From NCBI GenBank assembly GCA_012295275.1, contig CM022671.1, positions 1,178,001 through 1,242,000 on the forward strand: DNA of 64,000 nt. The letters are read 5' to 3'. Below the pieces are notes generated by a model, which saw only the letters and a list, made by a program, of their open reading frames with translations, made no database searches and was not told the origin of the DNA. A program made the position numbers and the translations under genes. This DNA comes from Chrysomallon squamiferum. Lineage: Eukaryota > Animalia > Mollusca. This document shows, piece by piece, positions 25,250 to 39,105 of this stretch; position 1 is the stretch's first letter, and every line of letters starts with the position of its first letter.

Positions 25250-26129
25250 TGTAATCTGTGTTATGTAAAATTTTAATACATTATGTATTTGAAAGAAAAT
25301 TTTAAGTATAAAAACATAAAATTAAAATAAACAAATTGAAATCTTTTCTTGAACTTTACTGTTTGTTTTCTAAAAAAACTGATCTCATTACTTTCTTCTT
25401 CCTACCATGCGTGACTCCTCAGACACATATTATGCATGATTATTTTTCTTCATTCTCAAATCCATCGCATGTTGCATGAAACATGTTTTTTATATTCACA
25501 CTATTCACCTGCAGTTACTAACAACTGGTTAACATTTATTATGGCTTTTTTTTATACTTCCTGATTGTTAACTTTCTTTAAATATTATTAACCTTGAGAA
25601 GACTGGCAGTTGTCCTGCAGTTAGTGCAGGAAGGACAAGATGGACTTGAGTTGTGCTCACATTGGTCATATTCATTTGACCAATTCATTTGTCCTGGAGA
25701 AGAACTGTCCACCTAAGTGTGAACACATTTTGGTGGAGTCCGATCATCTTAGGCAGATACAGAAGGATATATTTGTCAAATAAATGTGACGGAAATCATT
25801 TTGAAATATCCTGAACTTGTTTTAAAATTGTTGAGAGTTTACAGAGTTTTACTATAAATTTTAATTTAAATAAACTGTGATACTTTTTTTTTTTTTTGCA
25901 CAGCTCTTTGCACTGTGGTTTGACTAATTTTGAATTGTTACATGTAAAGTAAATCACCAGTTTGTTACATTTACTTTTCTTCAGCACTCAGTAACCGTCA
26001 TGTTTTTTTGTGCTGGGGTGTCATTAAACATTCATTCTCTCATTCATTGAACTTTAAATAAATAAATAATAATTGATCAAATAATTTACAAATATTAATT
26101 GTGTTGTAATATTAATAATGTTAATAATA

Positions 26130-26172
<43 letters not shown>

Positions 26173-27100
26173 ACAACACAACTTTATATATATTATATAT
26201 AATTATTATAATAAAAATAATTGATAACAAAAATATATCATTGATCAGCATTCAGACATTCATCACATTGCTATAGTATTCATTTTAAATTCATCTGAAA
26301 TATTAAACAAAAACAAGATTTATTTTTGATTCCGATTAATCTGTTTAATCCAGATTTAATTATATGTATGCATTCTCTGTGTGATTTACTTAAAAAATAA
26401 TTAGAATGGTTAAACATTAATACAAGTTTTGTGTCAATGGATAAAATTCCTTTTACTGGTATATATCTGTGCAATTATATAGTCTCAAGAACTAGCCCAG
26501 AAGTAATATAAAAATGCATAAATCTGATATAAAATGTTTAGAACAAAATTAATGCATATGTATGTCAAATATCATTTTTAATTTTTTTTTTTTTACATTT
26601 TTTTTAAATTTTAATTTGTTTTTATAATCATTATTTTTTTTTTAGCAAATGTTATTAAATTAGTAATTATTAAAACAAATTAATAGAGGGTTTACTTAAT
26701 TATCTTTTCTGTATCGTGTGTAGGATTATTAGGCTGGGGAGAGATACTGAATTTATTTATTTACTTATTTAAATCTAACATACAGTAGTACTTTAAATTT
26801 GAAAGCCACTTCAGCATAGAATTTTTTTTTTTCTTACATGTTGTTAATACAACAACTTCAACAGCAGCATATGCTTAGCAATAAAAAAAAATGTTATCAT
26901 AGATAAATAAAATTAATAAAGATTTTGTGACACCTTAAAACTTAATAAACCAGTTTGACGTGTTTAGGTTTTGACATTTTGTTGTTTCTGTATATTATCT
27001 TGCTGAAGTTTTTATCATACAGAGATTAAAAATAAATTTATATTACAGATCATTTTTAAACAGACTGGTAAAATTGGTGTTAAAAAGAAATTCAGTGTTA

Positions 27101-27132
<32 letters not shown>

Positions 27133-28705
27133 TTCTTTTTTTGATAATGAAAAACCACAATATTCATTTTGTATTTAAAAGTTACATCTATTTAATAGTA
27201 TCTTTTCATAATATTTAAATTTAATATTATAAATATTAAAATAAAAATGAAAGAAATGTATTTTATGTGATTAGTATTTCATCTTGTACTGCCATAATGA
27301 ATATATCTAAATAGAATCTCACATTAGAACTTGTTAACCTCTACCATATGTTATTTAACATTTACATCAAGTATTGTCTTGCTCAGATAACTTAGGTTCT
27401 TTAATTATTTGATTGAGGTCTGATGTATTATGTAACCCATATTCTTGAAACAAAACAAACAAAGAAAAACATTACATTACAAAAACCTGAAAATCCCCAT
27501 ACATCAACTGCCATGGAAAAGCAACAATCAAAAACAAAATAAATAAATTATTGTTTGTTGTTTCTTTGTACATTTTTATTTGTTAATTTTTTTTTTTTTT
27601 TTTCCCCCCAGTCCTTTTGAGAGCATCACACCTGTTGAAGACCCTGTCATCAAAGAAGTGACGTTTGTTTTGAGAGAGTGGAATGTGGCATGGAAAAAAC
27701 TCTTTGTGGTATGTTGTACATTATAAATTAATCTCAGCTTTGCATTAAACATACACTGATACTGCAAATACAATAAATTTGGAGCACAAAAACCCTTGCT
27801 AAAATCAGTGGTCTTGATAGTAGAATAATTAAACCCTGTTGTGGTTGTTTTTTATTTTTTTTAAAGCAGAATTTTACACCCTCGGTTTTACTGTTACCAT
27901 CTAAGTAAGTAACAGTTTGTTAATCTTTATTGAAAACAAAAGTTTATAATAATTAACTTGCATGACCCTGCTTATAAACAATTTTATTTTATTATTATAA
28001 ACTTTTGAAAAGGTTATTTTTGGGTTTGATATCAGAATCACAGTGCTCTGTTTGAGCCATTATGGAAAGTGATGTTGGAACTGATCAAGATTCGGAGCAA
28101 GCTGATGTCCAACACCCTGACCCATGACAAAGCACAGGAGATGAAGGATGAAATGATATCTCTCATAGACTGGGGGAATGGGTAAGTTGTGTACGATGTG
28201 GTTCATGGCTTGGTAGCATACACTTGAAGTATATTACAGTTTCAGAGCAGATCACAGAAGTAAACATTTAAATACCATTACACGGTTCAAGGGATGATAT
28301 ACATTTGATATGGAAAATTTGTAAAGAATGTTACATGTTGGACTGAGTTATATAAACACTGTTATAGGTTTGTACACTGAAATGGTTTTTACATGTGGTT
28401 TTGATGAATAGGGGCTAGGAAGGGATAAAGAGATAAGAATTAATGAACGTTACATTAAGAATCATAGGATATGCATTTTCCAGTGGATAAACATAAAAAT
28501 AAAGGGTACATTTTATGGCTTAAGACGAGTAAGTTAATACGAACATTGTTTAATTTGAGGATATTTATGAAATAAATTATAAAGAAAATGTAATAAGTGT
28601 TTTTTTTTTTTTTAATAAACATTTTGTGTGTATATCCTATTTCTTTATTAATCTATTAATTAAAAGCTCTATGTTTTCATTAATGTATTATTTATATGTC
28701 CTATT

Positions 28706-28738
<33 letters not shown>

Positions 28739-29305
28739 TTTTTATTAATACGTTATATAAATATCCCTTATTTTTATTAATTTACAGAATAAATATCCTT
28801 TTCTTTTGTGTGTGTGTGGTTTCTTTTTCAAATTATTTTATACATAAATCTCCGATATATATATTTTTTTAAGTGATTAAACAATTGTCCTATGTTTTAT
28901 TAATATGTTATTTAAATATTGTCCTGTGTTTTATTACTAATTTCCTGTGTAAATGTATTGCAGCAAACTAGGAATGGACCGTGTACCTAGGGTGAATGGA
29001 GAACAGGTTGATGCTGACAGACTGAGTGCAGTCAAACTGTTCCGTGTGCACAAACACAGCATGGAGGAAAGTGAATCAAAGAGACTCTTCCAGGAACCTC
29101 AAGGTTTCAGTCTGGGAAAATCGGTACTTGCGTTTATCAGTAAAGTAGGAATGAATATTTATTTAATGATACCTTTTAAAATGAACTTTTATTAAGTATG
29201 ATGTATTATTTTTATTTTTTATTTTTTGGTATAATGATGATAGGGGAAACAACTGTTGCAATCTATTTGTTTTTTCTTTTTGGTTAGTGTATCTGTTATT
29301 TGTTG

Positions 29306-29340
<35 letters not shown>

Positions 29341-30164
29341 ACACAAACATTCATCATCCACACAAAAATGATCCTTTGAGTTATCATACACACAAAAATT
29401 TCACTGATTTTACTTATTTATTTATTGTAAATTTCACAAATGATCACTGCAGCTTTATTTTGCTTTATTTATTTATTTATTTATTTATTTATTTTGCAGG
29501 CGACAATCCAGCCTGGAATCAGCATCAAGCCACGACCGAGATCTGACACAAAAACATCTTCATACACTCACCTGATGGTGAACTTCAAGTGCTTCAAGTC
29601 TGTCACCATCGGAGAAGAGACTGAAATACTTCTGTCTTTATATGAAACAGCTTCTGTCTTTTTATATGATTAATATTTGTCTTTATATGACAAACAGCAC
29701 TTTCATCAGGTATGTCTGATGTTTATAGTTAATATCTGTCTTTATATGACGCTTCAAACAGCACTTTCATCAGGTATGTCTGATGTTTATAGTTAATATT
29801 TGTCTTTATATGACGCTTCAAACAGCACTTTCATCAGGTATGTCTGATGTTTATAGTTAATATCTGTCTTTATATGACGCTTCAAACTGCACTTTCATCA
29901 GGTATGTCTGATGTTTATAGTTAATATCTGTCTTTATATGACGCTTCAAACTGCACTTTCATCAGGTATGTCTGATGTTTATAGTTAATATTTGATGTTT
30001 GTAGTCATTTAAATTTAATATTTGTCTCTTGTTAAGCTTTGTTATTTATGATAACAGTGTTTGAAAAAAAAAAGTAAACTTTGTTTTAGCTATAAAGCTG
30101 AAAATTGAAATTTTAAAACCAGTTTTTTTTTATTGTTGTTTATTATTATTGCTTTTTAGTGTAT

Positions 30165-30211
<47 letters not shown>

Positions 30212-32797
30212 TTGTATTTAAATGATTATTACTAAGAATTTTTGTGGCACTTAAACTTGGTTAAAATTAAATTAAGGTCAAATGTCTGTTTTGCTTTTGA
30301 TCTTTTGTTTTAAATGTTTTCAGTGTGTTTCGTCAATAGTTCTTAAACATTTTGTGATTTGTTTTCATAAGAAAATCATAGTAGAAAAGTGCATATCATG
30401 ACTTGAGAATTGCAACCATTAAAAAATATTTTAAATATAATAAAATTATCATTATAGTATCAACTGATTCAAAATGTATTAATATTGCAAAAATATTCAA
30501 ATTGTCATTTCAGTGAAAAGTTTATGGTGAGGTACACAAAGTTTGGAGTGCCTGTGGACCAATCAAAATTTGATTCCAATTTGGCCATTTTTACAGTAAG
30601 GTTTTTGGATATTTTAGATTAAAGTTAACTTAAAAATTCTTTAAAAGTACTTTGAATTAAATCTTATTTGAATTGTAAAATTACTGAGATGATCAGATGT
30701 ACAGGTTAGAAAAAAGAAAACATTAACTTCTTTTCAGATGTATTTTCATATATCTATATCTATATATATATTTATATATAATTAAAACTTTTGATAATTA
30801 AATATAAGTTCATTAAAAAATATGCAGTATCCAACTGTTTAATTAAAAAATGGCCAAAATATTTATATTAATTTTAAATAGTAATTTTTAAATTGTTTTT
30901 TATTTATTCTAATTTTATTTTTATTTTTATTTTTGTTGAGGTGTTGTTGTAAAACTGGTTCTGCAAGATATTAAATTAATTGAAAAATAACGTTATAAAT
31001 TTTTAAAATATTAAATAATTTACAGTTTAAGAATAATTATTCAAAACCATAATTTCTGAGTGGAAAACTAAATAAATTTAGTCTAAATTAATTAATTAGA
31101 GTAATTTTTTTTAGTATTATAATTTTTGGAAGCTTCTGATTTAATTATTTAAATTTGAATATTTTCAGGATTTGAGTGAAACTGACTTAAGTAAAGACCT
31201 GTACCTGGTAACTCAGATTTGCAGACATGGTAAAAACATTTTCTATATCATAAGTTATATTTATGCACATTATAATCATTAATTAAACTTAGAAACCTAG
31301 AATGAATCAGGATTTCCATTCAGAAAATATCCAACCTGTGGCCATATTTTCAGAACAACAAGCATGCAGTCAATGATATAATTGATTTCACTGTAAATGT
31401 AATATTTGCTTTTTTTTTTTTTATCTCTTACTTTTTACTTTCAAACTTTGTCATTATTTCAGCACAGTATTAATTATATAATTCTCACATCTTTGTTTTT
31501 ATTATTACAGTTTTTCATTAAATTATGTTTTTTTATGCAGTTCATGTGACAATATCAACAGTTTTAACCTGAAAAGACATGGCTTTTATCTTAGTTCAAG
31601 GCCATGCAGTTTACTATTTTAAATTATTTTTTTTTTTTTTTTCTTCATCAGATGTATATATTTATTGCTTTCTTAATTTGACTGCTATTTTAATTCATGC
31701 TAATCAAATTATGTTAACAATGTTTGAATCTAAATCAGTTGTGGAATAAATTAATCTGATTATTTCAAACAGAAAACTTTGTGTCTTCAAACACAAACTT
31801 CAAAGGTATCCTGACCTTTTTTTTTTTGCTTTTTTTTTTTTTTTTTTAATGCTTGATTTGTAGTCTTACCCTGAAAACATAATTTCAATTTTAGCATGTA
31901 TTTAGTGTCACCAGTTTTATAAATGTAAGATATTTTAGAAACTGAATTATTCTTATTACTTCAGCAAAAACATTTTAATAACATATTGCATTACTGTGAG
32001 CATGATAGTAAATTAAGTATTTTATATTATTATTATTTTTTAATTGTTTGAACTGATTATCCACTGTCAGTTTATTGTAGATGCAGATTAATTATCTAAT
32101 GTATTCATGTTGTTAATAAAAAGGTCTTTTTGTGCTTGTACACAATAACTGTAGCATTTATAAAAATGTAGAGAGTAAAATAAATGTGTTTTTGTCATTA
32201 TTTTTTGTTAATACATCATTGCTTGTTTTTAAGCATTATTTTCAACAAAATAAAGTAATTTTAAAATACTAACTGTTTAGATTCTAATTTTATGTCCCCC
32301 TATTTATAAATACTTATTAATCATGTACATAATAATCTAATTAAACATTTTTAATAAAATTATAAATTAATTTTATAATACACAGTTAGTAAATATGTAT
32401 TTCGAAACATGCCATTCAGTAAAATATGTATTTGAAAACATAAATAATAAATGAATTGTCTGTTTTTAAACATGTTTAATTTTATACACACTTTGAAGGG
32501 GAAAAAGGAGTAAAGTGGATGAGAAAGGATGGATGGGTATGTGACAGGAAAAATCATTTTTGGGATCATTTAAATTAATATTTTTATGTCTTTCATCTTT
32601 TTCTTTTTATCGAATTAATTTTGGATTTCATCACTTATAGCACACCTTAACTGTTCAGATTTTATATAAATTCAAGGATATAAAAAGAATTTTTTTCATT
32701 TATGATCATTATAATCAATATTATTTTGGGGATTTTCAAAGAAAATGTTATTGTTTAATATGAAACTGTATAAGTTTTAATTTTACTATTGAACTTG

Positions 32798-32829
<32 letters not shown>

Positions 32830-32851
32830 TTCTTCTTCTTCTTCTTCTTCT

Positions 32852-32884
<33 letters not shown>

Positions 32885-33353
32885 TTTTATTATTAATTGT
32901 TTATTTTTTTTTTTTTATTTAATTTATTCTTCTTTTTTTAATTGTTTATTTTATTTTTTATAATAATTCTTTTATATTCTTTTATTTTATTTCTTGAATT
33001 TGCTTTATGAAAAAAATAACTTATAATGATCAAACATAGAAAGCCTCTGTAAACTTTGTTTTCATACTTATTTAAAAAATAAAATAAAAAAGTGTCGAAA
33101 ATTTCTCAAAGTGAAAATAATGCTTGTTCTATGATTTGTTGATCAGATATTTAATACAGATGTGCATGGTTTGCATTTTATTTGCCTCATGTGTGTATAT
33201 TACTATTAGCACAAGTTAAAATTGTCATATTTATTAAATAATATTAATAATAACAACAATAATAATAATAATGCATGATTTATATTTCATTTCACCATGT
33301 GTATATCTATATATAATTATACATGTAATATTTTATTAAAATATTTGATTATT

Positions 33354-33396
<43 letters not shown>

Positions 33397-35886
33397 CAAC
33401 AACAATATCAGCTTAACAAGAATATTATCATTACTACCACCAATACTAGGAAATAAATAAATAAATAAATAAATAAAAACAGTTCTTGGTAATGTGCACC
33501 ATGTTGAATCTGTAACTATCATTCACTTGTTACTTACATTGTGGAAGAAAATAGTTCAGTTAAGTAAAATATTTATAAAAATATTAATGAAACAAAAAAT
33601 AAATATCTATGATTTTTTATTTTTATTTTATTTTGTTTACTATTAAATTAATAAGTTTACTAATAAACATTAAACATCTAAAATAATGTTTCATAGTTTT
33701 TAAATTTATTTTATTCTTTGTAATGTTTTGGCATTAAATTTGATGTTAGTGTTTTAGTGTCTGTGTATGTGTGTGTGTTAACTTTAAGAGCTGAAAAATA
33801 ATAAATGGCACTAATGCAGAATATATTAGAACACATTTTAATCTTTAAATTATTTTTTATATTACTAATACTGATAGTATAATAAGTTGAAATGTGTTTT
33901 ACTTTAAGCATTTATTTAATTTTTGGGGTATTTTATCATTGTTTTTTTATTTATTTATTCATTATTTGATGTGGTTACCTAATTACTAAAATGTATTTTA
34001 AGTAAAATTTATCAAGAGGTCTGTGTGTATTTGTATGTGTTTGTTTATGTGTGTGTGGGGGGGTACGCATGTACTTTTACATTCTATATGTATTTGTATT
34101 TTTATAAAATACATGATTTAATTCAGATATTCACTTGTATTATTTAATAAAGATGAATTTTTATATAAGCATGACTTTTTTCTTTGAAAGATAAAATTGT
34201 TCAGATGGTGTTCTATATAAATTGTTATGTTTTGTATTTCATTTTTTTTTTTTTTTTGAAGTGGTTTTTTTTAAATGCGCCTGTTTGCTTTTAACCCAAA
34301 TAATTACTGTATTTTTTAAATATTTACATTCTTACATACATGTGTACATATGTACATACACACATATCATGGTTATCCTGAAATCTAAATTCTATTAAAC
34401 TTCTGTCATGGATGGAAGATGTTTTTGGTTGGTCAAAGGCAGAGACTTTTACACATTCATGTGGCAATTAAAATAACAACAACAGTATTAAAAGGATTTT
34501 TATATATATATTTTTTTTGTGTGAATATTGTTATATAAATACTTATAATTAAATACTTATAATTAAATAAAGCAGTAAAATGTGATTAAATCTTACAGTT
34601 AAAAATGAGGTTACATTATTTATTTATTTATTTGCAGGTCGGGTTCTGGTTGATTCTTCAAGCAAAAAAATTCCCACTTACAAATATCGACGTCCTTGGG
34701 GTGTTGCAGGTAAAACTCAGTGTAAATCAGTGAGTGAGAGGCAGAGAAATCAGATAGATAGAGCGAACTTGCTGTGATGTTACAAAAAACATTAAAAAGC
34801 TCATATTTCTAATTACATTTTATTTAATATAAATTTAAATGACATTTTTTCCTTTGATTCATGTGATCTACAAAGACATCTGAATGTTTCTTTTCTTTAT
34901 TTTCCAGTTTTATCTTTGAAAGATTTTATCAACATCAAGCCTGAAGAAGAGCTTGAGTTTACTCTTAGCATTCACAGGTATAATGTGTGTCTTTTTCACT
35001 GGCTGCACATCCAAGCTACCCCACACAAGCATTTCACTGTGCACCATAATCCCAGTTTGTGCAAGCTACGCGATTTGTTGATCTAGTTTATAGTGGTTAA
35101 TATTGCAAGTGCAGTAGTTGCATGTTGAAATTCATGAAGTTCTACCTCAGAAGTAGCCAATTAATAAAGCTAAGTTTAAAATAAAGCTTAATATTCACAT
35201 TTTGAAATAAATCTCTAATTTTATTTAAAGGAAAATATTTATTCTTGGCCTAGTGTCATCTAGGAAATCAAAGTAGAGGATTCACATTTATTGAACTGAA
35301 AAAAACAAAAAGCATGATGTATCATTAACATAGGCTGCTGATGCAGAACAAGATTTGAAAAAAAAGAAGAATCTCTGCATCTTGCAGTGTATTGAGTGTG
35401 TTACTGAGTGTGTTTGAATGCATGTCAAACATGTTGCTATTTTCAGAACTGACGACAGCGAATCTGCACATTCACACATGCATGAAGTTCTAATAAAACG
35501 ACAAGCTCAGATGATAGGAAGGGGTCAGTCAAACAAACAGAATATGGGTAACTGTGCTCATTAATAATACAAAATAAATAATGCAACATCATGTTTTTTA
35601 AATTGGATAATATCTGTACATGCACTGTTCAGATTTCATAAATGGTATAGCAGTGTTTGCATGATCGAATGTGTGCATGTGATGTATATTATTATGCATA
35701 TATTTGTAGGTGTGGTATGGGTGGTATATGTGTGTGGGTGTGGTATGGGTGGTATATGTGTGTGGGTGTCAGGGAATTTGAATATGTGTGTTGTGGAAAT
35801 TGATATTGTGTTTTATACGTGTATGTTTGAGTGACAAATAAAAGAGCATCCTTTTCTTTTTCTCAAATGAATTCAGTGTGGTTTTA

Positions 35887-35918
<32 letters not shown>

Positions 35919-38900
35919 TCTGATTTTCAAGCTGACATCTCAGTTGGACTGAAGCTGCTGACAGGAGATTTGAGCCTGGTGAAAGCTGAACACCCCACTT
36001 TGTTCAGAAAGTCTGAAATCATTGGACAGATTGGCTTCTCAGACATCATCACTCCAGGTAGTCTGTTGTAGTAGCCCTCTGTCCACATTTCATTCTTTTT
36101 TTCCTTGTATTACACACACAATTTACTTTCAGTATATTTTAAATATCAATTTGGAAATTGTAAAAGTATAATTACAACTGAAAATGCTATGGATGCTATT
36201 TTTTCCATGACACTTTGTTTGCTATCATTATATTGTTTGGCAATACATTAGATTTCAATCTGTTTGGCAAGGTGCAGATGCAGTATTAATAACCTGACCA
36301 TGTTTTGTTAATTTACCCTAAAGAACTGTCATATAATCATAAAGAATGATCAAAAGAAAGATTTTAAAATTGTTGTAAAAGATCAGATCCAACATTTGAA
36401 CTGAAATAGATGAACTGGATTAAAGATTTCTAATACTGAGTTACTGGATTTAGAAGTTATTTTTGAATTTATGGTCTCTCTTGGTTTTTTCAGTTGACTG
36501 GCACAACTAATGTATTAAATTAATTACCACTGGAATGTGATTAGAAAATCTGGAATTTAATATTTGTCTGAAATAAATTTCAGGTGAGATCAGGAATGAC
36601 CTATACATCACTCTCTGTAATGGAGAATTTGACAGAGGCAGTAAAAAGGCAGCAAAAAACATTGAGATCAAAATGACAGTGTTTGATAGTGAAAACAAAG
36701 AAATTCCTGTGAGTTTCACGTATTGTTTCTAAGTTTGTAGAGGTTTTTCTTCTCTTATGTTGTGTTATAGAGGGAACTTTTGCATCATGGCCTCATAATT
36801 TATTTCAGTATGGCTGTTTGGGTTTGAATGTTTCTTATTGCAGCCAGTTGCCCTAATATCAAGATAATTGTTGAGTATTAGTTACAGGTTCAGCTTCTTT
36901 ACTGCTCAGTTTTTCACCCCACTGGCTTGTCCCCACAGCCGATTTATCAAAGCTGTGCTGTGAGCTTTACATGTGTGCATACCACAAAGTCCCTACAATG
37001 TAACAGTAAAATCATTGTGCAAAAACCATTGTTGAAATCTGTTCATATTATTAAAAAAGGTTGTTGAAATTCAGTTAAATTCCTGTAAAAGTTGTAATTA
37101 TTCATAAAAAAATTGTAAATTTCAGCAAACTAATTTTGGTTAATTAATTCCTAATGTTCGTAGATTCCTGTGAAAACAGGAGTTTATATTTCAACTTAAT
37201 ATTTTATTATTAAGTAACTAAAACAACAAATTCAGACAAGACCTGAACACACACACTTTTCTCAATAAAGTGGTGAAGCATTAGTTAGAACTGTAGTAAT
37301 ACAACGAGGTGTAATTTGTACAGGTTTGCATCTCAGGCTGGTGTGGTGAACCACTGTCTACACACTACCATTCTGTCGTGTACTACCACAACAACAACCC
37401 AAAGTGGAATGAAATCATCAAGGTAAATATAATCTCTCTTGATGAAGAAGTTGGTTTTATCCTTGAATATAATTAAATTTAACTACTGGTAGAAAGAGTA
37501 CTTTCCAATAAAAACCAGTTGCTGATTGAAAGATATAATAATAATAATAATAAAAATATATTAAATACATTTTTAATGGTATGAAGGTTTTGATAAAATG
37601 ATAAATGCAGCTACAGGAGAACTGCTTACTCAGTGTTTTCATTTCATGTTGTTTTCAGCTCTCCATTCCAATAGATAAATTCATGGGAGCACATGTCAGG
37701 CTGGAATTTAGCCACTGTTCAAGTAATGTTATTTTTTGGTTCTTACTCTTTTTTTTTTTTCTTTCCTTAATAAAGTTTTATTTTCATTTAAAAGTCTAAC
37801 TGTGTGTCTAAAATCATTTTTGATTTGAGATAAAATTTACATTTATCTGAATGGTTCTTATATCCATCCAAAAATTAAAGATGCATTGAGTGTATAATTA
37901 AATAAACATTTCATCTTTTCTTTATTTTAAAATTCATATAAATAATTTAAAATATTTTATTTTTTATTTTTCAGCACGTGACAAAAGTGAGAAAAAGTTG
38001 TATGGATTTTCCTTCATCAACGTCACTCACAACAACAACGTCACCCAGCCTGACGGGACATACACTTTGTGTCTGTACAAGGTAAACGTTTTTTTTAGAT
38101 ATTTTCAATTCTGTACATTTTACATTAGAAACTCATTTCTTTTATTTATCTTCTGATGTTAAACATCTTTTCTGTTGCAAGATTTTAAGTGAATTTTAAG
38201 TTTTTGTCTTTACAAGGTACACACAATTTGTTTTTAATTAAAAGTATGACATTTTCAATCTTAATATTTTGAAATTGTATTTTAAATTTTCAAGACAGAC
38301 TTTACTTTTTAATGAAGGAAACAACCAGATTTCAGATTTAAAATTTTATATTTTTTACAAGGCATATCTTTTATCATATAATAATCTTTAAAAAAAATTA
38401 TTTAAGAAATTGATAATATATGTGTAAAGGTATTTATGAATTGTCTTCTTTAAAATCAAATTTAAATTTAAATGTTTGTTTTGTATAAAATGTTTTTGTG
38501 ATGAATATGAACACATAGCCTAATACATACTGTATGGTTTAAAGCAGATATTTTATTTATATCACAGTGTTAGATGTAATAAAATATGACAATAAACTTT
38601 CAGTCACAAAGAATAATTGGCCTTTTTCCTTTTCCTGTGAATCACTTCGTGAATAAACAAAATTGTGTGGTGATTACACACAAGCTTATGTGGAGTGATA
38701 TATACTTGTAATTTTCGATGTTTAACATGACTTTGTTTTTTTGATTTATGGAATAACTTGGGGTTTTTTTGTTGTTTTTTTAGTTTTGTTGTGCATGTGT
38801 GTAACTGTGTTTGAATGTTTTTGCAGTGTGACGACTACCACAAACTGAAGGACTACACACACCTCCCTGCATTCCAGGACGACTACAATGATACTGCAAT

Positions 38901-39073
38901 GATTCCACATCTGCCTAGCTCCATTCCGTTCCAGAGATCTCCTAAAGAGTACATCACAATCTCTACATTCCTCTGTTCAACCAAGTTTGCTCAGAAGGGT
39001 ATGTGTGTAGTTGTGTTCAGTCAGTTGAACGTGGATGTGTGATACAGAAATAATCAACCAGCTGTTTGTCTGT

Positions 39074-39105
<32 letters not shown>

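Noticed and set aside
36860-37000. Possible decayed SINE fragment (also ~27780-27850 and ~62590-62700)
   Set aside because: Similarity too weak to support; no A/B boxes or TSDs found.
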